DNA of 64,000 nt from Ostreococcus lucimarinus. Taxonomy: Eukaryota. Below, piece by piece: positions 1 through 10,547 of this stretch. Location: the NCBI GenBank assembly GCA_000092065.1, contig CP000582.1; one strand, written 5' to 3'. How positions within the stretch are numbered: position 1 is the stretch's first letter; the number at the start of each line of letters is the position of its first letter. The position numbers were made by a program, and so were the translations under genes. Below the pieces are notes generated by a model. The model was not told where the DNA came from, made no database searches, and worked only from the letters and a program-made list of their open reading frames with translations.

Positions 1-3000
1 CGCGCGTTGTCGGATTTGCCCGTCGAGGCGGTGGTGCAACATGCGTCGCGCGCGCTCGAACGCGTCTGCGAACTTCTCTCGGCGTCTGAGCCACGACTGT
101 GCACTCTGGAGACTCGACGAGAGGCGTTGAGCGTCGTTAGGCAGTGCGCGCAGGCGCTGCACAGAGAGTTGATTGACGTTTCTCGAGAGTGCTTGCTGAC
201 GGTGGATGGGACGCCCGTCAGAGCGACGGGAAAAGTGGCGCGCCCGCAGTCGCCGAACTCACCGATCGCCGAAAACTTTCCACCGAGCGAGCGAGGGCAC
301 GGATATGGCGCGTCTCGAGGAGCACCGACGCGCGTACTTCCGATCGCGCACGCGTTTATGCTACACGTGATTCCCGCAGTGTGCGATCCTGCTCTTCGAG
401 CGAGCGCTATCCGAGCGGTGCGCCTTCTGTTGCCGCTCGTTCAAATCGACCCTACGAACAAGGATGCTCAGCCACACGGCGATGCGTTGATGCGTCTCGG
501 GCAGTATCTCGATTTGTGGGAGTCGTCGTTGGCGACGATTGAGTTTGAATCGGGCGCCGCAAGCGAGTATCTCACGTGCGTTCAAGTAAGCGCGGAAGTA
601 GCTGCAGTGGCGAGCGGTGCACCGATCCGAGGTGCTGGTGCGGCGCACAAGAGACTGTCCTCACGCTGGTACGATGTCTGCGTCGACGAAGTCATCGCCG
701 CGGCGAATCCGTTGGCTCGGCAATACTGTGCGCAAGCGCTCGTGCACATATGCCCAACGCTTTCTCTTGATATTTCACTCGTGCGAGACGCAGACCAGTG
801 TCTGCGCATCGCGATGTCGGCGGCGGTTTCTGGTTTAGACGCTAAATCATTCGCACGTATCGTCAGCAAGGCGACACCGGCTTTGAGTATCATGGGCGCG
901 ACTGATAATGTGACGCCGTTTTGCTCAAGCATGACCGCGAAGCTCGTCGCACTCGCCTCTACGAGCGAATCAGCAGACGATCTCGATGAGGTTGTCAGCG
1001 CGATGCTTGCATTACTGTCACATGGCATCGATGACGTTCGGACGTCTGCTTACGCCACACTCGCTACAGCAAGCTCGCCGCACACCGCGGCGAGAGCCAT
1101 TCTCGAGCACTCTACGATCATCGGAGAACTCATCGTCGGCGGTTTGAACCATTCGTCCACCGTTCGGAATGCGGCTTTGTGCTTGGAATCATTATGCAAT
1201 TCGACCTTGAATCGGCGCGCAGTCGCGACCCAGGTTTCGCTCTACTCCGCCTGGATTGAAGCTCTCATCGACGATGCAGACGCTGGACATGCGGCGAGAG
1301 AAGCGCAAAAGATGATTCAAGAAGCGAACGTAGGCGGACGATTAAGCAAACTTGCGCCTCTATTGCGCGGGTTGTTTCACGAAAGCGAGAAAGTTCGTGT
1401 GCGGAGTGCGACCGATTTAGCGTACGGTATAGCGCACGGACTCAGCTCGGCAGCGCAAGTTCTCCTGGCGTCTCACGACGATCCTTTCGATTCTGTCTTA
1501 CTCACGGATGACGAGTACGTGCGTCAAGAAGACGCGGACTCGCGCGTTGTGGCGTTCAAAGAGAGTCTGCGGTTGAGAACGTTTGACGATGTGCGCGCTT
1601 GTTTGAGACGTTTCATCTTCGATGACGCGAAACACCGTGACCAGCTCCTTGCCGAGCTAGAAATCATGATGAGAGACGAGAGACTCGCGACTGTTCTCGC
1701 CGACCCGAGTTTGCTCGAGTCATTGATAAAGTTAACGCTCGATCAGGGTTCGCATGTGAACGTCGTGGCCGGCGCGCTGCGAATTCTTGCTGCTGCGATC
1801 GGGGCATCGACTCTGGTTCGCGATATTTTGAGCCGCGAAGATGGGCGAGGTGGAAGAGTCACGCAATTGCTCGGACTCGTGTTCCATCCTCAGCGTCGGA
1901 TTCGGGAGGCGATGGCGTCGCTTCTCGCGTACTTTCTGTTTTCCCCTGTCTGTGAGACCGTCACGGCGCGCGTGGGTGCGGTAAAAACGCCCGATTTGAG
2001 CCTTCCAAAGCTTTTCCTGGAGACCTACAGGTTTCCTCAGTTCGTTCCCGAGCTCGAGAGCCCGCCGGCGGTTGGCGATACCGATCCATTGATGACGGAT
2101 GTTGTCGACCGAAATCGAGTTTTGTACATGTTTAAGCGTCGTCAAACACTCATGTACACGTACGACGCGGTCGACGACGATGAATCTGCGCTCCTCGCGT
2201 TTGCGCTGGATGAAGAGGCAGAAACAGAAAGTGGCGAGCTGCGCGTGATGCGCGACGCCGCTCGAATTTCTTGCGCGCCGGTCGTCATTGGAAATCTAGT
2301 CAGTGCCCTTGGTGAAGCTCAATCGTACGAAGAAGCGATGAGAATCGTCGACGCTTTGATGACAAACGTCCAATCCACTCGTTTAAACGCCATGGCTTTT
2401 TTAGCATCTCTAGGACGATGGGACGAAACGAGTGAGCGATTCATTCGGCGCCCGCCGCGGTCGACTACTGACATTTCATTATGGGTTGGGATGGCTGAAG
2501 TTCTTACATCGTGCTTAGAGTCATTCATGCGCGTGGAAGATAGTATTCTCCCTCCTTTGGCGATGAAAAAAATGATCGAAGTCGTCCATGACGTCATAGT
2601 TCCGCTCGCGAGTGCAGGCGCGGCGCTGAGCGTCAGCTGCGACGGTGATATGTTACGCGACCCACCAGTGCTTAGACATCCTATCGCGGCTGGTAAAGCA
2701 CTCGGTGACGATGGTGGCGCTTTTTGCGCGGCGCGCGCAGACGCTGTACGTGCGGCGATGAGCTTGCTTGCGAACGTGTACGAAGCAGCGAGGAGATTTA
2801 GAATTTATGCGGTACCCGACGTTGACGCGGAAGCCGTGGTGGCAGAACTTCTCGATATCGATTGCGTCGGCGTGGTGACAAACACGTTAGTCGGAGAGCC
2901 AAGTTGCGACTACACGGCTAGGTGTGTCGCCATCGATGCCGTGAATGCGGCGCTGCGTCTCGGAGGGGTTCCATCCGAAGACATCTTCAACCTGGTTCAG

Positions 3001-5496
3001 TCGATGTTAACGAGGGTGTATCCGTCATACTCGTCCTCGGATCATCGCGGCTCTGTACTCATGAACAAGGCGACGCGTGTTTTACTGCTCATTATGGACA
3101 GTTCTAGATCTGATAAATGGGCCGACGGTTTCTATGAAATCGACGACTTGGTTTGGTTGAGTGACATGCTTGTCGATGCGTCTTCTCGCGCACGTGAGAG
3201 GGCATGGCAAATCGTAGCGGCATCCGTAGGACCAAGCTCTCCAATCGCGGACGTTATCGCCGCCAAATTCCCTGACATCTTCGAGCGTGCAACGGCATGT
3301 GCACTTGACAAAGAAGAGGCGGCGGTGACGCGCGCCGCAGCGTTCCGATGCGTCGCCGCGCTCATCGCGGGAAGCTTTGCGCAGGAAGTTTCACTGGAAA
3401 TTCCAGACGACGGCTTCTATTCGGGGGAGAAGTCCTCCGTGCCGTTCCCATCGATCCCGATGCTCGCCGCAAAGGACGTGTGGCGAGACTTTGCCAGAGT
3501 ACTTATGGATGATGTGAGTGGTGACGATGAACGTGTTGCTGTTTTGCATCGCGGCGCCTCTTCAGCGCTGCTCGCCGCCGCGCGCGTCGACGCGCTCGGC
3601 ATCGCTGAAGCGTTTGACTTTAATCCCAGTCATGAGACGGATGGCACGATGTGGCACGGTACTTTCGCAGTCTTGCGAAGGACCAAGTTTGTCGGCTACG
3701 GTTCCACCGATGCGGCCGCGGCTGCATCGAATGTAGCCGCTCTGTTAGGCGTCATGGTCGTCGCCGGTGTGACGAGCTTTGACGTCAAACTCGCAGCGTC
3801 GGCGTTATACGATTGCCTGCGTAACGCTTCGCGCACCTTGCGCTCTGGCGGCGGTGGTGCAGCTGCCCGAGCGGCGTCCAGATGTGCCGAGGCGCTCGCA
3901 ACTGTATTACAAGCCCACTCGCACGGCGATGAAGACGTGTTCCCGTCTCACGGCGTCGCGGCGATGTGCGCAGAAATTCTCGCCAACGCGGTCGGGCCGA
4001 GTGCGAGTCCAGAATGCATCAAAGCTTCCGTTGGCGCGTGTCTGCTTACATCCACAGTATTCCGATCGAAATCGACCTCCGAGCGCGCCATCGATGGCGC
4101 TTTTGAACACGTTGGAGCGTCGATATTACAATCACTACTTGTCCTGTGGCACTTCCGCTTGCTCGGTAACTCAACGCAACAACGCTCGGTCCCGACAATG
4201 TCTATCATTATCAGCGCCACGCGGAACGTGCTCGCGCACGACGTCAGCGCAAAAGCCGCGGCTTGTGAGTGGGGTCTAGTAAGCAGTTTAGTTCAGACGA
4301 CCGTCGCGGCGGTGCGACGTTCAATGAGTCCGGATGGATCGTTCAAGAGCGTGCCCACCGCCATGGACGTCTACGTCGCTTCCTCGGCGATGAGGGCGAA
4401 TCGTAGGGATGCCCTCGCTGCCGCCATGGAATTCGGACTCGATGCCGATGGGAAAGAACTACCATCAACCGTCGCCCTCGGATCCCTCACGTGCTTGCGA
4501 CATATGATGTACTCTTTTCCGACGAGCACAAGCGACGACGCTTGGCTAGAGGAAATCGTCAACGAAATCCGCGAAAACGCCGTGGATTCGGGCATCGTGG
4601 ACATGTTCCGGACGACTTGGCCGTACGCAACGCTCGATCAGACGGTGATGTACGAGTTACTGTCCCTCGTGGTGAACTTTGTCGCCAAATGTCCGAACTC
4701 GAAACGGGCAATCACCGCCGTCGGCGCCGGCGAGGATGGCGAACAACCCAAATCCTTCGCGCAACGTTTGATGGATCACGCTTTTGACTCCAAGCACGCC
4801 CCTGGGTCTTCGAGTCTATGCTTGACGTTGAAGGCGTTGTCGTCGCTTGCCACGGTCGAAGGGCCGGCGCGTTATTGGCTCATCCGCTCGTCTTTCGTAG
4901 ACGACGTCGCGCTGACGCTCGCGCACGCGTTGACCAAGGTACGCGCATATGACAGCGACGCCAACGACGTCCCGCGCGCGCGCTGGATGACGACCGTGAC
5001 CGCGTGCGTCCGTGCACTGTGCAACGTAGCGTCGTTCGGCGATGGTCAGCGTGCTGTTTTGCGCGCTAACGCTGGAGCACACGTTTTCGAGCTTTGTCTG
5101 GAAGTCGTCGCCGCCGCCGCGGACCCTAACGACGACGCCCGTCGTGAGACGTTTCTGCTCATGCACAACCTCGCCTTCCACCCAGACGCAAAGTCGCATT
5201 ACGCCGCGAATGAAGTCGCCATCGATTGTCTAGTTCAAGGCGTGCGCGACGAAGATTTACAGTGCGCGTCTGCGTCCTGTGGCGCGCTCTTCGCGCTCAC
5301 GCGAAACGGACAGCGCGTCTGCGCCCTGCTCCGCGAGCGCGGTCGCGATCGCGCTTTGCGCGCTGCTTCCAAGTCTCACGCCGCGAAAACGCCGAACGAC
5401 CCGCGCTCCAAGCACTGGTCCCGATGTCTCCGAGGCATCTTGCTCGTGCTCAGCGCCAACGAAAAAGTCGACGCGTACGACGGCGCGCTTCGATAG
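1..5496 (+). CDS. Large (>1829 aa) alpha-helical repeat (ARM/HEAT-like) protein of unknown function. It is 5'-partial: the ORF is open to the window start.
   Basis: Uninterrupted 5.5 kb ORF in a GC-rich genome, with high GC3 and a TAG stop at 5494-5496. The ORF-track M at position 7 is a TTG, so the true start lies upstream of the window. No confident family assignment. Confidence 0.5.
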   Translation, partial: RALSDLPVEAVVQHASRALERVCELLSASEPRLCTLETRREALSVVRQCAQALHRELIDVSRECLLTVDGTPVRATGKVARPQSPNSPIAENFPPSERGHGYGASRGAPTRVLPIAHAFMLHVIPAVCDPALRASAIRAVRLLLPLVQIDPTNKDAQPHGDALMRLGQYLDLWESSLATIEFESGAASEYLTCVQVSAEVAAVASGAPIRGAGAAHKRLSSRWYDVCVDEVIAAANPLARQYCAQALVHICPTLSLDISLVRDADQCLRIAMSAAVSGLDAKSFARIVSKATPALSIMGATDNVTPFCSSMTAKLVALASTSESADDLDEVVSAMLALLSHGIDDVRTSAYATLATASSPHTAARAILEHSTIIGELIVGGLNHSSTVRNAALCLESLCNSTLNRRAVATQVSLYSAWIEALIDDADAGHAAREAQKMIQEANVGGRLSKLAPLLRGLFHESEKVRVRSATDLAYGIAHGLSSAAQVLLASHDDPFDSVLLTDDEYVRQEDADSRVVAFKESLRLRTFDDVRACLRRFIFDDAKHRDQLLAELEIMMRDERLATVLADPSLLESLIKLTLDQGSHVNVVAGALRILAAAIGASTLVRDILSREDGRGGRVTQLLGLVFHPQRRIREAMASLLAYFLFSPVCETVTARVGAVKTPDLSLPKLFLETYRFPQFVPELESPPAVGDTDPLMTDVVDRNRVLYMFKRRQTLMYTYDAVDDDESALLAFALDEEAETESGELRVMRDAARISCAPVVIGNLVSALGEAQSYEEAMRIVDALMTNVQSTRLNAMAFLASLGRWDETSERFIRRPPRSTTDISLWVGMAEVLTSCLESFMRVEDSILPPLAMKKMIEVVHDVIVPLASAGAALSVSCDGDMLRDPPVLRHPIAAGKALGDDGGAFCAARADAVRAAMSLLANVYEAARRFRIYAVPDVDAEAVVAELLDIDCVGVVTNTLVGEPSCDYTARCVAIDAVNAALRLGGVPSEDIFNLVQSMLTRVYPSYSSSDHRGSVLMNKATRVLLLIMDSSRSDKWADGFYEIDDLVWLSDMLVDASSRARERAWQIVAASVGPSSPIADVIAAKFPDIFERATACALDKEEAAVTRAAAFRCVAALIAGSFAQEVSLEIPDDGFYSGEKSSVPFPSIPMLAAKDVWRDFARVLMDDVSGDDERVAVLHRGASSALLAAARVDALGIAEAFDFNPSHETDGTMWHGTFAVLRRTKFVGYGSTDAAAAASNVAALLGVMVVAGVTSFDVKLAASALYDCLRNASRTLRSGGGGAAARAASRCAEALATVLQAHSHGDEDVFPSHGVAAMCAEILANAVGPSASPECIKASVGACLLTSTVFRSKSTSERAIDGAFEHVGASILQSLLVLWHFRLLGNSTQQRSVPTMSIIISATRNVLAHDVSAKAAACEWGLVSSLVQTTVAAVRRSMSPDGSFKSVPTAMDVYVASSAMRANRRDALAAAMEFGLDADGKELPSTVALGSLTCLRHMMYSFPTSTSDDAWLEEIVNEIRENAVDSGIVDMFRTTWPYATLDQTVMYELLSLVVNFVAKCPNSKRAITAVGAGEDGEQPKSFAQRLMDHAFDSKHAPGSSSLCLTLKALSSLATVEGPARYWLIRSSFVDDVALTLAHALTKVRAYDSDANDVPRARWMTTVTACVRALCNVASFGDGQRAVLRANAGAHVFELCLEVVAAAADPNDDARRETFLLMHNLAFHPDAKSHYAANEVAIDCLVQGVRDEDLQCASASCGALFALTRNGQRVCALLRERGRDRALRAASKSHAAKTPNDPRSKHWSRCLRGILLVLSANEKVDAYDGALR

Positions 5497-5574
5497 GGTC
5501 GTCGACGACAAATTTCCCGTATCTATTATTAATTAACATCGCACCCCCTCCGCGCGCGAGCCCTCCCTTCGAAA

Positions 5575-6111
5575 CTACGACTCCGAGCTCCCTCCCCCGA
5601 ACACCTCCAAAAACGTCTTCCCCGTCGCCTCCCGACTCGTCCTCGCCGCGACCTCGCTCGCCGCGTCCGCCGGCCCTCGTCCCGTCGCCCGCACCGTCCT
5701 CCGCCCCATCGCCTCCCCCGGCATCGGTATCACGCTCCCGCTCGCCAGTCGCCCCCTCGACACCCGCACCTTCGTTCCGTCGTCCAAAAACATCCGCGTC
5801 ACTCGCACCGGGTGTCCATTCGCCGGATCCGCGAGCGCCACGCTCGAGTACCGCAGCGCCGCCTCCCTCGCGACGATCTGCCCCGGCGTCTCCCCGTCCC
5901 CCCTCGCGTGCTTCTTCACCAGATTCACCCCCGTGACGTACACCAACGACCTCTCTCGGTCCACCTCGCGCACGACGCCCGTCTGCCCCCGATCGCGCCC
6001 GCGCGTGACGACGACGCGATCGCCGCGGTAGATGTTCCACGACGAATCCGCGATCGCGTTTCTCGCCAGTCGCTTGAGCTTGTGCGCCGCCTTGCGGAAC
6101 GGTTGCGACAT
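5575..6111 (-). CDS. Organellar (probably mitochondrial) ribosomal protein uL24 with a KOW domain.
   Basis: ATG at 6109-6111. The core GDRVVVTRGRDRGQTGVV...GVNLVKKH...GQIVAREAALRYSSVAL...VRVTRMFLDDGTKVRVSR matches bacterial-type L24. A 26-aa basic amphipathic N-terminal extension and a C-terminal extension are present. Confidence 0.75.
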   Translation of the reverse strand: MSQPFRKAAHKLKRLARNAIADSSWNIYRGDRVVVTRGRDRGQTGVVREVDRERSLVYVTGVNLVKKHARGDGETPGQIVAREAALRYSSVALADPANGHPVRVTRMFLDDGTKVRVSRGRLASGSVIPMPGEAMGRRTVRATGRGPADAASEVAARTSREATGKTFLEVFGGGSSES

Positions 6112-6239
6112 GGCGCGTTGGCGCCGCGCGTTCGCGGTCGCGACGGCGCGACGCGCGGCGTCGGCGACGATTCGCGCGCGCGATTGTGCGGCGCCGACGC
6201 GCGGCGTCGGGAATTCGCCAGAGCGCGACGCGTCGCGCG

Positions 6240-9143
6240 ATGGCGCGCGCGCGCGCGCGGTGGACGACGCGCGCGGCGCTCGCGCTGGCGCTGCTCGCGC
6301 TGTCGGCGCCGCGACGCGCGTCGAGCGCGGACGCGAGGGGGGAATCGACGAGACGCGTCGGAGATTCGCGCGCGCGCGGAAGACCGCTCGTCGTCGTGTC
6401 GCTGGACGGCGTCGTGCGCGCGCTGGACGCGGACACGGGCGATAACGTGTGGGCGTTCGACTCGGGAGGCGCGCTCGCGGGGGCGTCGTGGACGAGCGCG
6501 GGCGAGGACGCGCGGGCGCTGACGCCGCGGAGCGCGGCGAGCGGGACGCGAACGCGAAACGTGTTCCCGGGCGTCGACGGCGCGCTGTACGCGCATCACG
6601 TCGATCAGGACGCGAAACACGTCGTGCGGAGGTTGCCGGTGACGACGCGGGAGCTGGTGGAGGCGAGCCCGAGCGCGACGCGAGACGGGGCGCTGGTGGT
6701 GGGACGACGGTCGTCGACGATTTACGCGCTGCGCGCGAGCACGGGGGCGCTGGTGCGGAGCGTGGACGTCGATGGGACGATCACGAGCGTGATGGGAGGC
6801 GACGCGATGAACGGGGCGGACGAGGAGTTGATTTACGTCGGGCGCACGGAGTACGTGGTGCGGAGCGTGGACGCGGAGACGGGCGAGGAGCGATGGAACG
6901 TGACGCACGGCGAGTTGCGAAGTCTGAGTCGAGACTCGGACACGGGCGCGCTGCGCATAGGAACGGATCGCGCGAGCGATGCGGGATCGCTCGTGATCGG
7001 GCCAGGAAACGTGGTTCGAAGCGTGGACGAGGAAACGGGGGAGATTAAGTGGTCAAAGCGAATGGCGTCGTTGCCTTTGGGCGTGAGCGACGCGAGCGGG
7101 CGCGTCATCGTGGAGAACGCGGCGCAGATTCCAGCCGAAAGCGACGATAAAATTATTGTCGGCACGCACGAGAGAGGATTGTTCGCGCTTCCGTACACCG
7201 CCAGTGCGGGCGAAGGTTTACGAGACGGATCCGACAGCTCGAACGCCCTCGTCGCCGCGAGCGAAAGCGAAGACTTCGTTCGCGTCGATATAGGGAGCGA
7301 CGAGGACGATTGGTCGTGCATTCCTGAAGATTTGGTCAAGGCGACGCTCGATAAGACTTCGTCGAGGTTACCGGGTTCGAGAACGTCGCGACGAGCGCTC
7401 AACGTGCTGCTCGTCGGCGGCTTGTCCATCGTCTTCGTGTACTTGACGCAATTGAAGAGGCGAAATATAGAGGTCCACGACGTGAACGCACCGTCGAGCG
7501 TGGTGACAGGAGTAGAGGATGCAGAACAAGAGCATCAACGCACCGCTGCGGCGAAAAAACGAGCGAAAAAGCGGGCGAAACAAGCCGAAGCGCGAGCCGC
7601 TGAGGCGGAGCTCGCGGCGAAGATTCAGGAAGTCATGGAAGAAAAGACGCGCGAGGAAACGCGAGTCGGGCGCTTGCGCATTAAACCATCCGTGCTGGGA
7701 TACGGCTCGTGCGGTACGATCGTGTTCGAAGGCGAGCTGGATGGACGGCGCGTCGCGGTGAAGCGCTTGCTGGCGCAGTTTCACGAACTTGCGCGCAAGG
7801 AGCTTCAGGCTCTCATCGCCTCAGACGAGCACCCGAATATTTTGAGATGCTTTGCGCTCGAGGAAGACTCGAACTTCGTGTATATGGCGCTTGAGCTCTG
7901 CGCGTCGTCACTCGCTCGCGTCGTCGATCCTGTCGGGGCGGCGAACGAGAGCGAATCGTCCGCGGCGGAGACGAACGCGAAAGCGTTAAACATCAAATGC
8001 ATCGACGAGGCGACAAAGTATCCGACGGCAGAGTGCTTAAGAATTCTACACGACGTCGTCGCGGGTTTGGCCGCACTCCACGGGCAAGGCATCATTCATC
8101 GCGATTTGAAACCACAAAACGTCTTGATAACGTCGTCTGGACGAGGGAAAATCGCCGACATGGGACTCGCCAAGCGCGTGAACGTGTCCGAGGGAACGTC
8201 TTTTTACACGCACACGAACGGAAATTTGAACGTCAACGACGCGGCGGGCACGTCGGGTTGGCAAGCCCCCGAGCGATTGACGCAGGGGCGTCAATCGCGC
8301 TCTGTCGACGTCTTCAGTCTCGGTTGCTTGATGTACTACTGTCTCACGGGTGGTGCTCACCCGTTCGGTGAGAGGCTCCAGCGCGACGCCAATGTCGTCG
8401 CAAACAGCTACGACGTGTCCAAGCTGAAGTATTTCCCCGAAGCCGAGGCTTTGGTGAAGGCGTGCATCGACGCCGATCCATCCAAACGACCGTCGGCGAC
8501 GGAAATCTTGGCGCACCCGATGTGGTGGGACGCCGAGAAGAAGCTTCAGTTCCTTATCGATGCCTCGGACCGAGTCGAACTAGAAGATCGCATGAGCGAT
8601 CGATCGTTGCTGCGCGCGTTCGAGACGCGCGCGAAGTCCTCGATCGCGTGCGATGACTGGACCAAAAAGCTCGACGCCGCGTTGCTCGAAAATCTTGGGC
8701 GATACCGCGAGTACGACGGAACTTCTCTGCGCGACTTGCTTCGAGTCATACGCAACAAGGCGAATCACTACCGTGAGCTTCCTCCCAAGCTCCAACGCAC
8801 GCTTGGGTCGTATCCAGACGGCTTGTGGCGATACGTTTCCATCCGATTCCCCGCCCTGCTCCTCGGCGTGCGCGATTTCTTCGCCCCCTCGGCGGCGCGA
8901 GAACCCACCCTCGCGAAGTATTTCCTCAGCATCGATGCCGCGTCGAAAGCTTCATTCGCTCCACCGCTGGCGCGCGCCGAGTCCATCCCCGACAAGCCCT
9001 TAATAGCCCCCCAAGTCTTCCCGAGCCGTCCCGGCCGCGAGCCGTGCGAATTCTACATGAAAACTGGCCGCTGCAAGTTCGGCGCCACGTGCAAGTTCGA
9101 TCATCCTCAAGGCGTGCACTGGGACGTTCACAACGAACGATGA
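6240..9143 (+). CDS. IRE1: Serine/threonine kinase and endoribonuclease IRE1 (ER stress sensor), with a C-terminal CCCH zinc finger.
   Basis: Signal/TM segment (ALALALLALSAP) and a beta-propeller-like luminal domain, then a TM segment (LLVGGLSIVFVYL). The kinase carries GSCGTIVFEG, VAVKRLL, HRDLKPQNVLI and DMGLAK. The KEN/RNase domain carries WDAEKKLQFL...LRDLLRVIRNKANHYRELP. The C-terminus is CEFYMKTGRCKFGATCKFDH (C-x8-C-x5-C-x3-H). The ORF-track start at 6186 is GTG; the first ATG is 6240. Confidence 0.85.
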   Translation: MARARARWTTRAALALALLALSAPRRASSADARGESTRRVGDSRARGRPLVVVSLDGVVRALDADTGDNVWAFDSGGALAGASWTSAGEDARALTPRSAASGTRTRNVFPGVDGALYAHHVDQDAKHVVRRLPVTTRELVEASPSATRDGALVVGRRSSTIYALRASTGALVRSVDVDGTITSVMGGDAMNGADEELIYVGRTEYVVRSVDAETGEERWNVTHGELRSLSRDSDTGALRIGTDRASDAGSLVIGPGNVVRSVDEETGEIKWSKRMASLPLGVSDASGRVIVENAAQIPAESDDKIIVGTHERGLFALPYTASAGEGLRDGSDSSNALVAASESEDFVRVDIGSDEDDWSCIPEDLVKATLDKTSSRLPGSRTSRRALNVLLVGGLSIVFVYLTQLKRRNIEVHDVNAPSSVVTGVEDAEQEHQRTAAAKKRAKKRAKQAEARAAEAELAAKIQEVMEEKTREETRVGRLRIKPSVLGYGSCGTIVFEGELDGRRVAVKRLLAQFHELARKELQALIASDEHPNILRCFALEEDSNFVYMALELCASSLARVVDPVGAANESESSAAETNAKALNIKCIDEATKYPTAECLRILHDVVAGLAALHGQGIIHRDLKPQNVLITSSGRGKIADMGLAKRVNVSEGTSFYTHTNGNLNVNDAAGTSGWQAPERLTQGRQSRSVDVFSLGCLMYYCLTGGAHPFGERLQRDANVVANSYDVSKLKYFPEAEALVKACIDADPSKRPSATEILAHPMWWDAEKKLQFLIDASDRVELEDRMSDRSLLRAFETRAKSSIACDDWTKKLDAALLENLGRYREYDGTSLRDLLRVIRNKANHYRELPPKLQRTLGSYPDGLWRYVSIRFPALLLGVRDFFAPSAAREPTLAKYFLSIDAASKASFAPPLARAESIPDKPLIAPQVFPSRPGREPCEFYMKTGRCKFGATCKFDHPQGVHWDVHNER

Positions 9144-9216
9144 CACGACGACCGATCCATTTATTTCCACGCGCTCAGCTCGCCGTGCGCGCGCTGTGTA
9201 ACTTCAGACCACTTCT

Positions 9217-9252
9217 CAAACCAAATCAAACCAAACCAAACCACACCAAACC
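9217..9252. repeat. (CAAAC)n-like microsatellite in the IRE1 3' / MinD 5' intergenic region.
   Basis: The sequence caaaccaaatcaaaccaaaccaaaccacaccaaacc is seen directly. Confidence 0.8.
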
Positions 9253-9480
9253 GCCAGGGCGCGCCGAGGATCGGGCCGAGCCGAACCCATCGCGCCGCAC
9301 ACCACGACGCTCGCGAACGCACGTCTCGCGGAAACTCGCCGATCGCGACGCACGAACGCGCTCGATCGTACGAACGCTCGACGCACCGCGCACGTCCTCG
9401 CGAGGCGCCGCGAACCGCGACGATCGCGAGTCGTTATTTCAAACCGAGATCGACAGATACCGAAAGCTTGATCGCCACGA

Positions 9481-10467
9481 ATGATGTCGCAAACAGCCGT
9501 GCGCGCCGCGCACACGAGCGGTGTTCGCGCGAGAAACGTGCGTAAGACGTCTGGGTGCGCGGCCGCGACGCGAGGGACGGTGAAGCGCGCGGAAAGTGGA
9601 CGCAGAGGGGCGACGGCGCGACGAGCGAGCGGCGCGAGCGAGACGCCGACTGGGGACGGCGATGCGCAAGTCGTCGTCGTGACCTCCGGGAAGGGTGGCG
9701 TCGGGAAAACGACGTCGAGTGCGAATCTTGGGATGAGCATGGCGCGTTTGGGGTATCGCGTGGCGCTCATCGATGCGGATATCGGATTGCGTAATCTCGA
9801 CTTGTTGCTCGGGTTGGAAAATCGAGTGATGTACACGGCGATGGAGGTGCTGGAGGGTGAGTGCCGGATGGAACAGGCATTGATTCGCGACAAACGGTGG
9901 CGCACGTTGGCGTTGTTGCCGATTTCGAAGAACCGAGCGAGGTATAACGTGACGAAGAACAACATGCAGACGCTCATCAAGGTGTTGAAGGAGATGGAGT
10001 TTCAATACATCATCATCGATTGCCCGGCTGGGATCGATGTGGGTTTCATCAACGCCATCGCGTGTGCGGACAGCGCTGTTATTGTGACGACGCCGGAAAT
10101 CACGGCCATTCGTGATGCCGATCGCGTGGCTGGGTTGTTGGAGGCTAACGGCGTGTACGACGTCAAGCTCTTGGTAAATCGCGTGCGAGCGGATATGATC
10201 AAAAAGAACGACATGATGAGCGTGAAGGACGTGCAGGAGATGCTCGGCGTGCCGCTTCTTGGCGCGATTCCGGAAGACACGGAAGTCATCGTGAGCACGA
10301 ACAGAGGGGAGCCGCTTGTGTTGAAGAAGAAGCTCACCTTGGCGGGCATCGCGTACGAAAACGCCGCGAGACGCATCTCTGGCAAGAGTGATTTCCTCAT
10401 CGATCTCGACAAGCCGAAGAAGGGCTTATTCCAACGCGTGGGCGAGTTCTTCGCGGGCGACGAATAA
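9481..10467 (+). CDS. MIND: Plastid division site-determining ATPase MinD, nuclear-encoded with a transit peptide.
   Basis: The S/T/R/A-rich N-terminus is followed by VVVVTSGKGGVGKTT, a deviant Walker A motif. MinD homology runs to the C-terminus (DVGFINAI...LLVNRVR...). Confidence 0.9.
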   Translation: MMSQTAVRAAHTSGVRARNVRKTSGCAAATRGTVKRAESGRRGATARRASGASETPTGDGDAQVVVVTSGKGGVGKTTSSANLGMSMARLGYRVALIDADIGLRNLDLLLGLENRVMYTAMEVLEGECRMEQALIRDKRWRTLALLPISKNRARYNVTKNNMQTLIKVLKEMEFQYIIIDCPAGIDVGFINAIACADSAVIVTTPEITAIRDADRVAGLLEANGVYDVKLLVNRVRADMIKKNDMMSVKDVQEMLGVPLLGAIPEDTEVIVSTNRGEPLVLKKKLTLAGIAYENAARRISGKSDFLIDLDKPKKGLFQRVGEFFAGDE

Positions 10468-10547
10468 TTAGTATACTATCATTTCATCGCACGTTTTAAC
10501 GTACAAGCCTACCATTTGCTACCTTTGATTATAAATCGCTCTCGCAC

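Noticed and set aside
5450-6908. Long antisense and overlapping ORFs (for example 5450..6436 -, 5925..6908 -, 5812..6522 +) rich in Arg/Ala/Gly/Pro.
   Set aside because: These are low-complexity translations typical of 65% GC DNA. They overlap the well-supported uL24 and IRE1 genes and have no homology.
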